Source: Nitrospirota bacterium
GTDB lineage: Bacteria > Nitrospirota > UBA9217
Reading direction: 5' to 3'
NCBI GenBank assembly: GCA_963751455.1
Contig: CAVVUN010000015.1
Coordinates: 1,632,001-1,696,000, forward strand
Length of the DNA: 64,000 bases
Below are positions 39,383-49,480 of the stretch, piece by piece. Positions within the stretch are counted from its first letter, which is position 1. Every line of letters starts with the position of its first letter. Position numbers and translations under genes: made by a program. Below the pieces are notes generated by a model that was not told the origin of the DNA, did not search any database, and worked only from the letters and a program-made list of their open reading frames with translations.

Positions 39383-40660
39383 ATGAAGATTCTGATCGTT
39401 GGCGGCGGTGGAAGGGAACATGCACTGGCCTGGAAGGTCGCGCAAAGTCCCCGGGTGAAGAAGATTTATGCTGCGCCCGGAAACGCCGGTATCTCTCAGG
39501 TTGCCGAATGCGTGCCGATCCAGGCCGAAGACATACCCCGGCTTCTGGACTTCGCCAAAACTCATGCAGTCGATCTTACGATCGTGGGGCCCGAAGGACC
39601 GCTTTCAATGGGGATTGTCGACGAATTTGAGAAAGCGGGATTGCGGATTTTCGGCCCCAGCGGTAGGGCTGCCTTGATAGAAGCGAGCAAGCAGTTTTCA
39701 AAGGACCTTATGAAAAAATACCGGATACCGACGGCCGGGTATGGCGTATTTTCGGACAAGGCGTCCGCCCAGGCATACATCCGGGAGAAGGGCGCCCCGA
39801 TCGTGGTTAAGGCAGACGGCCTTGCAGCCGGGAAGGGCGTGATAGTTGCGGAGTCCGTTGATGAGGCCATCACAGCACTTGACATGATCATCTCTCAAAG
39901 GGCGTTCGGGTCGGCAGGTGACCGCGTCGTGATCGAGGAGTGCCTGAAGGGAGAGGAAGCGTCGTTTATGGCCTTCACGGACGGCAAAACCGTGGTGCCC
40001 ATGGCTTCTTCCCAGGACCACAAACGAGTCTTCGACGGAGACAAGGGGCCGAATACCGGAGGCATGGGCGCTTATTCGCCCGCGCCGATTGTGACCAGAA
40101 AACTCGAGCGGCAAATCATGGAAAAGATAATGGTTCCCACGGTACGGGCCATGGAAAAAGAAGGACGGTTGTTTAAAGGTATCCTGTATGCCGGCGTCAT
40201 GATATACGAGAATGAGGCCAAAGTGCTCGAGTTTAACGCGCGTTTCGGGGACCCTGAGACCCAGCCGATCATGGCCAGGCTCGACACGGATATTATCACG
40301 ATCATTGATGCGATACTTGACGGCACGCTTTCACGGCTCGACATCGCCTGGAAGCCTGATTCCGCCGTTTGTGTGGTCATGGCTTCGGGCGGTTATCCCG
40401 GCACATACGACAAAGGCGCGGAGATCAGGGGGCTTGAAAAAGCCGGCAGCCATAAGAATGTGACGGTCTTCCACTCAGGGACTTCATTAAACAACGGCAA
40501 GGTCGTGACGGCCGGGGGCCGGGTGCTGGGCGTTACGGGCCGTGGAGCGGTAATAGCTGCGGCAATCGATAACGCGTATGCGGCAGTACGGGACATCGAT
40601 TTCGAAGGGGCGCATTATCGGCGCGACATCGGCGCACGGGCGCTTGAGATCGGAAGCTGA
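39383..40660 (+). CDS. purD: Phosphoribosylamine--glycine ligase
   Basis: GGGGREHAL, VKADGLAAGKGV, GPNTGGMGAY, EFNARFGDPE. Confidence 0.98.
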   Translation: MKILIVGGGGREHALAWKVAQSPRVKKIYAAPGNAGISQVAECVPIQAEDIPRLLDFAKTHAVDLTIVGPEGPLSMGIVDEFEKAGLRIFGPSGRAALIEASKQFSKDLMKKYRIPTAGYGVFSDKASAQAYIREKGAPIVVKADGLAAGKGVIVAESVDEAITALDMIISQRAFGSAGDRVVIEECLKGEEASFMAFTDGKTVVPMASSQDHKRVFDGDKGPNTGGMGAYSPAPIVTRKLERQIMEKIMVPTVRAMEKEGRLFKGILYAGVMIYENEAKVLEFNARFGDPETQPIMARLDTDIITIIDAILDGTLSRLDIAWKPDSAVCVVMASGGYPGTYDKGAEIRGLEKAGSHKNVTVFHSGTSLNNGKVVTAGGRVLGVTGRGAVIAAAIDNAYAAVRDIDFEGAHYRRDIGARALEIGS

Positions 40661-40686
40661 ACGGCCGAAAATAATTGCAAAGTCCC

Positions 40687-41451
40687 ATGAAAAAAGCGAC
40701 CGAAAAGAACATCACCGATTTTTTGAACAAGACCCTTAGCGTCCGGAAAATACGGGATTCCTCGGTGAACGGATTGCAGGTGAGGTCGCGGGCCAGGACA
40801 GAAATCAGGAAGGTCGGTTTTGCAGTTGATGCATGCATGCCGACTTTTGAAAAGGCGAAAAAAGAAGGTGTTGAACTGCTGGTTGTGCACCACGGTATCA
40901 AGTGGAAACCGCAAAAAGACCGTGTTCTGGCAGGCAAGAGAACGGCATACCTCCGGAAAAACACTATCGGGCTTTACGCGGCGCATCTGCCTCTCGATTT
41001 GCACAAGAAATACGGAAATAATATCCGGCTCGCAGAAGCGCTGGAACTCGGGAACAGCAGGAAGTTCGGCCAATATCATGGTGTCAAGATAGGCTTAGCG
41101 GGAACACTGAAAGCTCCGATGAAGCTTTCTTCAATCAGGCAGGCCCTGAGCGGGTATTTACAGTCGCCGTGCAGCATGTTCCGCTTTGGAAAAGAGCCAA
41201 TTCGCACAGTCGGAATCATCTCGGGCGGCGGAGGCAGCATGCTGTCCCAGGCTGTGGAGGAGCACCTCGACTGCTTTGTGGTGGGCGAGATCGACTTGGC
41301 CGTTTATAATGCTGCAAAAGACTACGGCATGAACCTGGTTCTCGGCGGTCACTATGCAACTGAAACGGTAGGTGTGAAGGCGTTGATGCCTCTCGTCGCC
41401 GGCGCCTTCGATGTAGAGACGGTGTTTATCGAGGACAAGAAAAGATTGTAA
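40687..41451 (+). CDS. Nif3/YbgI-like dinuclear metal centre protein
   Basis: NGLQV, VHHG, HLPLD.H...GNN, GHYATE. Confidence 0.92.
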   Translation: MKKATEKNITDFLNKTLSVRKIRDSSVNGLQVRSRARTEIRKVGFAVDACMPTFEKAKKEGVELLVVHHGIKWKPQKDRVLAGKRTAYLRKNTIGLYAAHLPLDLHKKYGNNIRLAEALELGNSRKFGQYHGVKIGLAGTLKAPMKLSSIRQALSGYLQSPCSMFRFGKEPIRTVGIISGGGGSMLSQAVEEHLDCFVVGEIDLAVYNAAKDYGMNLVLGGHYATETVGVKALMPLVAGAFDVETVFIEDKKRL

Positions 41452-41548
41452 GGTTTTCCGTTTTGTCCGGTTTGTCGGGTTTATCTGGTTTATTTGGTTG
41501 ACAGCCAAACCAAACAAACCAAAGAAACTAAATAAACTAAGATAAACA
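41452..41548. repeat. Inverted 9-mer GTTT(A/G)TC(T/C)G array
   Basis: tttgtccggtttgtcgggtttatctggtttatttggtt ... aaccaaacaaaccaaagaaactaaataaac. Confidence 0.75.
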
Positions 41549-41578
41549 ACAATCAGGAATAACGAGAAGGGAGTTGCT

Positions 41579-42217
41579 ATGGGTAAACCAGTTGTAGGGA
41601 TATTGATGGGGAGCGATTCGGACCTGCCCATCATGCAGGAAGCAGCGGCCATGCTGCAGGAATTCAGCATCGAATACGAGATGACGATAGCGTCGGCGCA
41701 CCGGTCGCCGAAAAAAGCGCTCGAGTACAGCCAGAGCGCCGAACGCCGGGGAGTGAAGGTCCTCATCGCGGGGGCCGGCTGGGCCGCGCATCTCGCCGGT
41801 TTTGTAGCGTCGCAGACGACGCTGCCGGTCATTGGCGTGCCGATCGATTCTTCACCTCTGAAGGGCATCGATGCCCTGCTGTCAACCGCCCAGATGCCGG
41901 GCGGGGTGCCGGTGGCCACGATGTCACTCGGCAAGGCGGGGGCCAAGAACGCAGGCGTATTTGCGGCTCAGATCCTTGCGCTCAGCGACGTGAAGATCGC
42001 CAACCGGCTCAAAGTCTTCAAAGTTGAAATGGAGCGGGAGGTCGAGGACAAAGGCAAGAAGCTTGCCGCTATCTCATCCGTCATTACTCCTAAACGCGAG
42101 CCAATCGCTGCGGCCGAGCCCGAAAAGGCGTCACCGGCAGCGAAGAAGAAGCCGCGCCGCAGGCGATGGAAGAAAAAGCCCGGCGGTTCAGCTCCGGCGC
42201 AGGGACCGGCATCTTGA
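41579..42217 (+). CDS. purE: N5-CAIR mutase with a basic C-terminal extension
   Basis: MGSDSD, SAHR, AG.AAHL.G, QMPGGVPVAT. Confidence 0.97.
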   Translation: MGKPVVGILMGSDSDLPIMQEAAAMLQEFSIEYEMTIASAHRSPKKALEYSQSAERRGVKVLIAGAGWAAHLAGFVASQTTLPVIGVPIDSSPLKGIDALLSTAQMPGGVPVATMSLGKAGAKNAGVFAAQILALSDVKIANRLKVFKVEMEREVEDKGKKLAAISSVITPKREPIAAAEPEKASPAAKKKPRRRRWKKKPGGSAPAQGPAS

Positions 42218-43116
42218 AGACCGAGCTCGACTGTCTGCCGTGTTTCTCAAGGCAGATAGAAAGAACGCTGAATTACGCGGGCGTGTCCGGCGACGAAAGC
42301 CGCCGGATAAGGAGCATGGCCCAGAGCGTCATCGACGCAGCTTCTTTCAAAGAAGTGCCGGCCCGCACGACAACGGTCATTCACCGGATATTACGCCAAC
42401 AGACCGGCGTGGATCCGTATCGCGCGCTGAAGCAGCTCTACAACCGGATCGCGCTTGAAAAGCTGTCAATGCTGAGGCAACGGGCAGCCGAAACTCCGGA
42501 TCGCCTTGAAGGCGCCGTCCGCGTAGCTATAGCAGGCAATGTGATCGACTTCGGGATCTATGAAACGATCGATCTCGACCGGGCAATCGATGAATCATTC
42601 CTCCTTCCCCTTTCGGAACCCGATTACCGGGCGTTTGCACGGTCCGTTGAAGATGCGCGAAAGATCCTGTACCTCTGTGACAACGCTGGAGAGATCGTGT
42701 TCGACCGTGTTCTGATCGACACCCTGCGAAGCATGGGCAAGGACGTCATCGCGGCGGTCAAGGGATCGCCGGTCATCAACGACGCGACGCGGGAGGACGC
42801 TTCCGCCGCGGGACTTCAGGAATGCGGGACGGTCATCGACAACGGCAATGACGGGATCGGGACCCTGCTCGAGGCCTGTTCGTCTGAATTCTCGGACGCC
42901 TTCCGGTCTGCTGACATCATTATCAGTAAAGGGCAGGCAAACTACGAAACCCTGGTCGAGACCGCGGATGAGCGCATATTTTTTCTTTTTAAAGTAAAAT
43001 GTTCCGTTGTTGCGCGTGCGCTCAATCGCCGAGACGGAGATATCGTGCTGCTGAGGAATATCGAGTACCGTCATGGGCGGGATCCAGAAAAGTGCCTATT
43101 GAGATCATCAAAATAA
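42214..43116 (+). CDS. DUF89/ARMT1-like damage-control phosphatase
   Basis: DCLPC, DPY, AGNVIDFG, DNAGEIVFD, KGQANYE, KC. Confidence 0.9.
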   Translation: MKTELDCLPCFSRQIERTLNYAGVSGDESRRIRSMAQSVIDAASFKEVPARTTTVIHRILRQQTGVDPYRALKQLYNRIALEKLSMLRQRAAETPDRLEGAVRVAIAGNVIDFGIYETIDLDRAIDESFLLPLSEPDYRAFARSVEDARKILYLCDNAGEIVFDRVLIDTLRSMGKDVIAAVKGSPVINDATREDASAAGLQECGTVIDNGNDGIGTLLEACSSEFSDAFRSADIIISKGQANYETLVETADERIFFLFKVKCSVVARALNRRDGDIVLLRNIEYRHGRDPEKCLLRSSK

Positions 43117-43727
43117 ACAGTGCCGATCCGATCCCGGCCTTTTCCCTGTGCAAGGAAATAATAACGGCAGGAGGGGTGGTTGTCTATCCGACGGACACGT
43201 TTTACGGCCTCGGCGCGGATCCGCGAAACCCGGATGCGGTAAGGAAACTGTTCCGGATCAAAGGGAGAAGTGCGGGTCACCCTATCCTGCTCCTGATAAA
43301 GGATGCTGCAGAAGTCGGGCAGTGGTGTGCCGGGGTCACGCCTCTGGCCGAGCGCCTGATGAAACAATTCTGGCCAGGGCCGCTGACGCTCGTATTCGAG
43401 GCAGGCGTCCGCGTGCTTCCCGAACTGACCGCGGGGACCGGCACGATCGGACTCCGTGTGCCCGGCGGTAAATTAACGCTTCAGTTGCTCGAATTTCTCG
43501 GGTTTCCCCTGACAGGAACAAGCGCGAACATTTCGGGCGCTCCCAGCCCTCGGTCCGCGCAGGAAGCGGCGGAAGCTCTTGGCCCGCTTGTGGACCTTGT
43601 TCTCGACGGAGGCGAAAGCGCCGAAAGCCGGCCTTCCACAGTCGTGAACGTCATGACCGGGCAGGTGATCCGCGAGGGAGCGTTAGAATTGCGGAGTTCA
43701 GAATGCGGAATTCGGAATAAAAAATAG
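43092..43727 (+). CDS. tsaC: L-threonylcarbamoyladenylate synthase (Sua5/YrdC)
   Basis: YPTDTFYGLG, FWPGPLT, TSAN.SG, PSTVV. Confidence 0.93.
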   Translation: MPIEIIKINSADPIPAFSLCKEIITAGGVVVYPTDTFYGLGADPRNPDAVRKLFRIKGRSAGHPILLLIKDAAEVGQWCAGVTPLAERLMKQFWPGPLTLVFEAGVRVLPELTAGTGTIGLRVPGGKLTLQLLEFLGFPLTGTSANISGAPSPRSAQEAAEALGPLVDLVLDGGESAESRPSTVVNVMTGQVIREGALELRSSECGIRNKK

Positions 43728-43760
43728 ACCCTGATAAATTCTTTTTGAAAAGGACGGCTC

Positions 43761-45077
43761 ATGAAAAAAGTATTTGTACTGGATACAAACGTAGTGCTGC
43801 ATGACCCCCGTGCGATCTTTGCATTCGAGGACAATGATGTCGTAATTCCGATTGTCGTGATAGAAGAGCTCGACAAATTCAAGAAGGGAATAGATGAAAT
43901 AGGCAGGAACGCGCGCCAGGTATCAAGGATACTTGACGAATACCGGCAGAAGGGGAAACTGTCCCAGGGCGTCAAACTCGAAGGAGGCGGAAACCTTCGC
44001 GTGGAATTAAACCATCAATCCACTGAGCGCCTGCCCGGCGAACTTATTCCAGAAAAGGCGGACAACCGCATTCTCGCGACAGCCCTGAATCTCAATCATG
44101 AAAACCTCCCGGTCATCCTCGTCACCAAGGACACGAACCTCCGGATAAAAGCGGATGCCGTCGGCCTCCACGCAGAGGACTATGAATCGGACAGCGTAAC
44201 GTTCGACGAACTTTATTCAGGCGAGATGGAGCTCTCGGTCAAACCGGGGGTGATCGAAGAGTTCTATGCCCACGGCGAGTTTGTGCCACCCGATCCGAAA
44301 CCCTACCCGAACGAGTTCGTGCTCCTCAAAAACAGCGCTAACCCGTCGCAGACGGCTTTATCGCGCTTCAGCCTTCAGAAGAAGGCCCTGGTGCCGATCG
44401 TAACCGCAAAGCACGGCGTGTGGGGCATCACGTCGCGGAACAAACAGCAGCAGTTCGCTCTTGATCTGTTGTTGAACGATGATATCCGTCTCGTAACGCT
44501 CGTAGGAAAGGCCGGAACGGGCAAGACCCTTATCGCGCTCGCCGCAGGCCTCGAAAAAACAATCGAAGCACGCTCTTTCCAGCGGCTGGTCGTGTCCCGG
44601 CCCGTTTTCCCCATGGGAAAAGATATCGGATTCCTCCCTGGAGACATCGAGGAAAAGCTGAAGCCGTGGATGCAGCCCGTCCGCGACAATCTCGACTTCC
44701 TGGTAGGCTCATCAGGAGGGCCGGGCAGGGTCAAAGGCAAGAAAGACCTCCAAAGCCTCTTCGATCTCGGCATGATAGAGGTAGAGCCGCTCACCTACAT
44801 TCGCGGCAGGAGCATGCCGAACCAGTACCTTATCGTGGATGAAGCGCAGAATCTTACGCCCCATGAAATAAAGACCATCATCACCCGAGCAGGCGAAGGT
44901 ACCAAAATAATATTGACCGGCGACCCATATCAGATTGACAACCCTTACATTGACGCCTCAAGCAACGGTCTTACCTTCGTCGTCGAGCGGTTCAAGGAAG
45001 AAGCCATCGCAGGCCATATTACACTGGTCAAGGGTGAGCGTTCGGACCTGGCCGAGCTGGCGGCAACCCTGCTGTAA
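43761..45077 (+). CDS. PhoH family protein with N-terminal PIN domain (PhoH2-like)
   Basis: LDTNV PIN motif, GKAGTGKT, YIRGRS, DEAQN, GDPYQID. Confidence 0.93.
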   Translation: MKKVFVLDTNVVLHDPRAIFAFEDNDVVIPIVVIEELDKFKKGIDEIGRNARQVSRILDEYRQKGKLSQGVKLEGGGNLRVELNHQSTERLPGELIPEKADNRILATALNLNHENLPVILVTKDTNLRIKADAVGLHAEDYESDSVTFDELYSGEMELSVKPGVIEEFYAHGEFVPPDPKPYPNEFVLLKNSANPSQTALSRFSLQKKALVPIVTAKHGVWGITSRNKQQQFALDLLLNDDIRLVTLVGKAGTGKTLIALAAGLEKTIEARSFQRLVVSRPVFPMGKDIGFLPGDIEEKLKPWMQPVRDNLDFLVGSSGGPGRVKGKKDLQSLFDLGMIEVEPLTYIRGRSMPNQYLIVDEAQNLTPHEIKTIITRAGEGTKIILTGDPYQIDNPYIDASSNGLTFVVERFKEEAIAGHITLVKGERSDLAELAATLL

Positions 45078-45090
45078 ATTTCATCAGTTA

Positions 45091-45249
45091 CCTGGAAAAG
45101 GCAATTGGACGCAGATGAACGCGGATTTCGCAGATAAACGAAAAAGTTGATACACCCCCCTCCAAAGGGGGGTCGCGATGCGACGTCAGACCCAGGATTA
45201 AAAAGACTCTGCGTTTATCCGATTTTTCTGCATCCGTTCTTTTCAGGAT
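45091..45249. repeat. Diverged MITE/9-mer palindromic element
   Basis: cctggaaaaggcaattggacgcagatgaacgcggat ... ctgcgtttatccgatttttctgcatccgttcttttcagg. Confidence 0.6.
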
Positions 45250-45326
45250 GATTTATCTCACCTCACATCTTTTCTAAACCTCTTTGAAAAAGGGGATTAA
45301 AGGCGATTCTCTGAGCAGGCAGGTCG

Positions 45327-48269
45327 ATGATCGAATCCAGCCGGGTTATTAAAACATTTCCCTATCTTCTTGCAGGCGCTTTCGTAATAAGCGGGCTTTA
45401 CGCCAGCAGCCTGTATAGCTATCTTCTGTTCCATACGCTGGTCGAGCTGTTCAACGTCCTCACGGCCTTTGCCATATTCGCGCTTGCCTGGAACACCCGC
45501 AAGATCAACGACAATCATTACCTGCTGTTCATAGGAATCGCGTCGTTGTTCACCGGCGCGCTTGATCTTCTCCATACCCTGACCTATAAAGGTATGGGAA
45601 TCTTTCCCGCTTACGGCGCGAACCTCGCAACCGAACTCTGGATTGCGTTCCGGTTTCTTTTCGGCATTTCATTCCTGGCGGCTGCGTTCTTCATCGAGAA
45701 AAAGCCTTCAATAAGCAAGATATTCAGCCTGTACGCCGTCGTTTTGCTCTCATTAATAACGGCGATCTTCGCGGACTGGTTTCCTGACTGCTTTATAGAA
45801 GGAGCAGGCCTGACTCAATTCAAGATCGTTAGTGAGTACATTATCTGCCTCATCTTTCTGGCTTCCCTTACGGTTTTGATTTTGAAGCGGCGGGCATTTG
45901 ACCGCAAAGTGCTTTGGCTGATCATCCTCTCGCACATCTTTTCGATTGCGGCTGAACTCAGTTTCACCCAGTACGTGAGCGTCTACGGCTTTTCGAATAT
46001 GCTGGGGCACCTGTTTTTGCTGGCATCGGTAACTTGTATCTACCAGGCCATCATCGTAACAGGACTGACCCAACCTTCGCGACTGCTCTTTCGGAACCTG
46101 AAACAGAGCGAAGAGGCGATCAGGGCGAGCGAAACAAAATACCGCCTGCTGTTCCAGAACATGGCGAACGGCTTTGCCTATCACCGGATTGTGACTGACG
46201 AAAAAAGCCGGCCAATCGATTATATATTTCTCGAAGTTAATGACGCCTTCGAAGCGATAACCGGTTTAAAGAGGGCGGCCATTATCAAAAAAGGCGTTCG
46301 CGAAGTGCTGCCCGGCATCGAGAAGGACCCCGCGGACTGGATTGGCAGGTATGGCACCGTTGCACTGTCCGGACAGGAGATCCGATTCGAACAGTATGCG
46401 GGGCCTCTCGGGAAGTGGTATTCCATATCGGCCTACAGCCCGTTCAAAGAGCATTTTGTAACGATTGTTGAAGACATCACCCAGCGCAAGCTGATTGAAA
46501 AAGAGCTGTCACAGGTCCGTGACGAATTGGAAGCACGAGTTAAAGAACGGACATCCGAACTGGTGCTCGCAAATGAGGAACTGGAGCAGGAAGTAAGAGT
46601 GCGTTGGCTTGCGGAAAAAGAACTGCGCAAGAGTGAGGAGCGGTTCCGGACTTCCATCGAAAGCCTTCTGGACGGCTTTGCCGTTTTTTCGGCTGTCAGG
46701 GATACGGGAAAGATCGTGGACTTCCGCTATGAGTACATTAACGAGGCCGGCTGTCAGCTGAACAACAAGACCCGCGAAGAACAGCTTGGCCGCACCCTCC
46801 TGGAACTGCTGCCTGCACATAGTGATTCCCATTTGTTCAAAGAGTATGTATCTGTAGTGGAAACCGGAAAGCCGTTTGCAAAGAGTCAGGTCTTGGAGGA
46901 AATGTACGGAGACGACCGACAGCTTGGGCGGGCCTTCGATTTCCAGGCGGTAAAATTGGGCGATGGCTTTGCGGTTGTCTGGCGTGACGTAAGTGAGAGA
47001 AGAGAAACGGAGCGCCGGATTACCCTCATGAACCGGCTGCTCAAACTGTACACTCTCAAATTTTCCCGAAAGGAATACCTTGACGTTGCAGTCGAGTTCA
47101 TACGCTCCTGGACCGGATGCCGTCATACCGGTGTGCGCATAGCCGATTCCGAAGGGAATATTCCCTACGAATCGTGCGTTGGATACGACAAGAACTTCCT
47201 GTCCTCGGAGAGCCAGCTCTCAATAAAAGACGATCGTTGCATATGCACACGTGTTGTGGCCGGAAGGCCTGGATCTTCGGAACTCGGCGCCATGACCCCG
47301 AATGGTTCGTTCTACTCCAACGATTCTTTGGCATTCATGGGCAACATAACAGGGAGCGAGCAGGGGCAATATCGCGGGATATGCATGGGGCGTGGTTATA
47401 AGTCGCTTGCCCTGGTCCCGATCAGGCACGGCGATACCATCCTCGGAGCGATCCATGTAGCGGACGAACGCGAAGGAATGGTCCCGCTCAAGAACGTGGA
47501 ATTCATTGAGCAGCTGGCCTTCATAATCGGAGAGGCGTTGTTCCGTTTCGGAATGGAACAGGACCTCATCAGGAAGAGCGAAGAATTATCCCGAATGAAC
47601 GAACAGCTCCGTAATCTTTCAGCCTATGTAGACGGAGTCCGGGAAGAGGAGCGGACGAGCATTGCCCGGGAAATTCATGATGAACTCGGGCAGATCCTCA
47701 CCGCCGTCAAGATGGACGTCTCCTGGATCCGTAGACGCCTCTGGAAACGGCAGAATGCGCTCATGGAGAAGGCAGGAGACATGCTGCAGATAATCGATGG
47801 GGCGATCAAGACGGTAAAACGAATCTCGGCTGAACTGAGACCGGGAATACTGGATGACATCGGTCTGCCTGCCGCGATTGAATGGGCGGTCAAGGACTTC
47901 GAAAAAAGGACAGGCATCACGTGCGCTGTATCGGTCGGTCCTGAGACGGTCATTATTGACAGAACCCGCTCTACGGCCCTTTTTCGCATTTTGCAGGAGT
48001 CACTGACCAATATCATGCGGCATGCGCATGCGTCCCGGGTAAGCGTCTTGCTTGAGGAGAAAAGTGGAACAATCGATTTGACCGTCAACGACAACGGGAA
48101 GGGTATCAGAAAAGAAGAGATGGACGCTCCGCACTCGTTTGGGCTCATCGGCATGCGGGAGCGCGTTCAGTTCCTCGGCGGGGAAGTTTCAATCACGGGT
48201 GCACTGAACAAGGGAACATTTATAAAAGTATCCATGCCAATACAGGCCGCGAAGGAAACCGGGGACTGA
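45327..48269 (+). CDS. Membrane sensor histidine kinase (MASE3-like TM region, 2 PAS, GAF, HisKA_3, HATPase)
   Basis: YLLFHTLVE TM region; EERTSIAREIHDELGQ H-box; QESLTNI..HA, DNGKG, GLIGMRER. Confidence 0.92.
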   Translation: MIESSRVIKTFPYLLAGAFVISGLYASSLYSYLLFHTLVELFNVLTAFAIFALAWNTRKINDNHYLLFIGIASLFTGALDLLHTLTYKGMGIFPAYGANLATELWIAFRFLFGISFLAAAFFIEKKPSISKIFSLYAVVLLSLITAIFADWFPDCFIEGAGLTQFKIVSEYIICLIFLASLTVLILKRRAFDRKVLWLIILSHIFSIAAELSFTQYVSVYGFSNMLGHLFLLASVTCIYQAIIVTGLTQPSRLLFRNLKQSEEAIRASETKYRLLFQNMANGFAYHRIVTDEKSRPIDYIFLEVNDAFEAITGLKRAAIIKKGVREVLPGIEKDPADWIGRYGTVALSGQEIRFEQYAGPLGKWYSISAYSPFKEHFVTIVEDITQRKLIEKELSQVRDELEARVKERTSELVLANEELEQEVRVRWLAEKELRKSEERFRTSIESLLDGFAVFSAVRDTGKIVDFRYEYINEAGCQLNNKTREEQLGRTLLELLPAHSDSHLFKEYVSVVETGKPFAKSQVLEEMYGDDRQLGRAFDFQAVKLGDGFAVVWRDVSERRETERRITLMNRLLKLYTLKFSRKEYLDVAVEFIRSWTGCRHTGVRIADSEGNIPYESCVGYDKNFLSSESQLSIKDDRCICTRVVAGRPGSSELGAMTPNGSFYSNDSLAFMGNITGSEQGQYRGICMGRGYKSLALVPIRHGDTILGAIHVADEREGMVPLKNVEFIEQLAFIIGEALFRFGMEQDLIRKSEELSRMNEQLRNLSAYVDGVREEERTSIAREIHDELGQILTAVKMDVSWIRRRLWKRQNALMEKAGDMLQIIDGAIKTVKRISAELRPGILDDIGLPAAIEWAVKDFEKRTGITCAVSVGPETVIIDRTRSTALFRILQESLTNIMRHAHASRVSVLLEEKSGTIDLTVNDNGKGIRKEEMDAPHSFGLIGMRERVQFLGGEVSITGALNKGTFIKVSMPIQAAKETGD

Positions 48270-48374
48270 CGGCTTGGTCCCGGCGTCAGGGAAGTAACGG
48301 AAAACCTGGCATGAACGCGTAGCTCCCTTAAACGTGGTATATTGTATGGCATGCAGGCACGGAGGAAAAGATCG

Positions 48375-49007
48375 TTGATCAGAGTGCTGGTTGCGGATGA
48401 CCACGCAATTCTTCGGAAAGGGATCAAGCAGATCCTTGCCGAAATTCCCGGAGTAGAGTGCGTGGATGAGGCGGCGAACGGCCAGGAAGCATTATCGAAG
48501 GTCGGGAAAGAACGGTACGATCTCGTTCTGCTCGACATCGCGATGCCCGGCAGGAGCGGCCTTGACATTCTGAAGCAGCTCAAGACGGAAAAGCCGAATC
48601 TTCCCGTCCTTATCCTGAGCATGCACCCCGAGGAGCAGTACGCGGTGCGGGCTCTCAAGGCAGGCGCTTCAGGTTACCTCACTAAAGAGAGCGCTCCGGA
48701 CGAATTGATCGACGCTGTGCAAAAGATCCTCCAGGGCGGGAAGTATGTGACCGAATCGCTTGCCGCATGGTTCGTCTCCGAACTCGGAAAACCCGCAAAT
48801 AAGGCCCCTCATGATACGCTTTCGGACCGGGAGTACGAGATAATGTGCATGATCGCCGCAGGCAAGTCTTTAACGGAGATCGGGGAAGAGCTTGCCCTGA
48901 GCGTCAAGACGGTCAGCACATACAGGAGCAGGGTCCTTTCGAAGATGAACATGAAGAGTAATGCCGATCTCACCCGCTACGCACTGGAAAACTCTTTGCT
49001 TCAATAA
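48375..49007 (+). CDS. NarL/FixJ family response regulator
   Basis: ADDH, LLDIAMP, GYLTK, LSDRE, LSVKTVSTYRSR LuxR-type HTH. Confidence 0.96.
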   Translation: MIRVLVADDHAILRKGIKQILAEIPGVECVDEAANGQEALSKVGKERYDLVLLDIAMPGRSGLDILKQLKTEKPNLPVLILSMHPEEQYAVRALKAGASGYLTKESAPDELIDAVQKILQGGKYVTESLAAWFVSELGKPANKAPHDTLSDREYEIMCMIAAGKSLTEIGEELALSVKTVSTYRSRVLSKMNMKSNADLTRYALENSLLQ

Positions 49008-49240
49008 ACCTTGCCCTTCATTCAAAACAACTTCAGACACTTGTCCATCCAACGCCATTTTCCGTTTAGTGCCGGCCTCTTACTATCTCATATATAACCC
49101 GCTTTTTGTAAGACAATTCCGACACAAAAAAACACCAATTCCTACGCAATATTCAGTTCTCTTCCGATACCGCCAAACGCGAACTTCCGGTACAGTTTTT
49201 ATAAAACAAGCCTGATACGATTGACAAACGAGGTGACACA

Positions 49241-49438
49241 ATGAACTGCCCATACCTTAACCTTTCATTAGCAAGTGTCTGCCTGGCGACTCAAACTCCT
49301 TATCCGCCGAACTCTTTTGAACTGGAAGAATACTGCGGGACTGCCCGCCACAGCATGTGTCCGTTTTATGCGATTAAAGAAAGCGCGACCCCTTTAAAGG
49401 GCTGCGGAGGAAGGCCGATGACTTCACACCGTCTGTAA
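49241..49438 (+). CDS. Small Cys-rich hypothetical protein
   Basis: GAGG RBS; CPY..C..YC...H..CPFY pattern. Confidence 0.6.
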   Translation: MNCPYLNLSLASVCLATQTPYPPNSFELEEYCGTARHSMCPFYAIKESATPLKGCGGRPMTSHRL

Positions 49439-49480
49439 TGTTTTTCCCTGTATTGCATTTTAAAAATGAGGAGGGGAACT

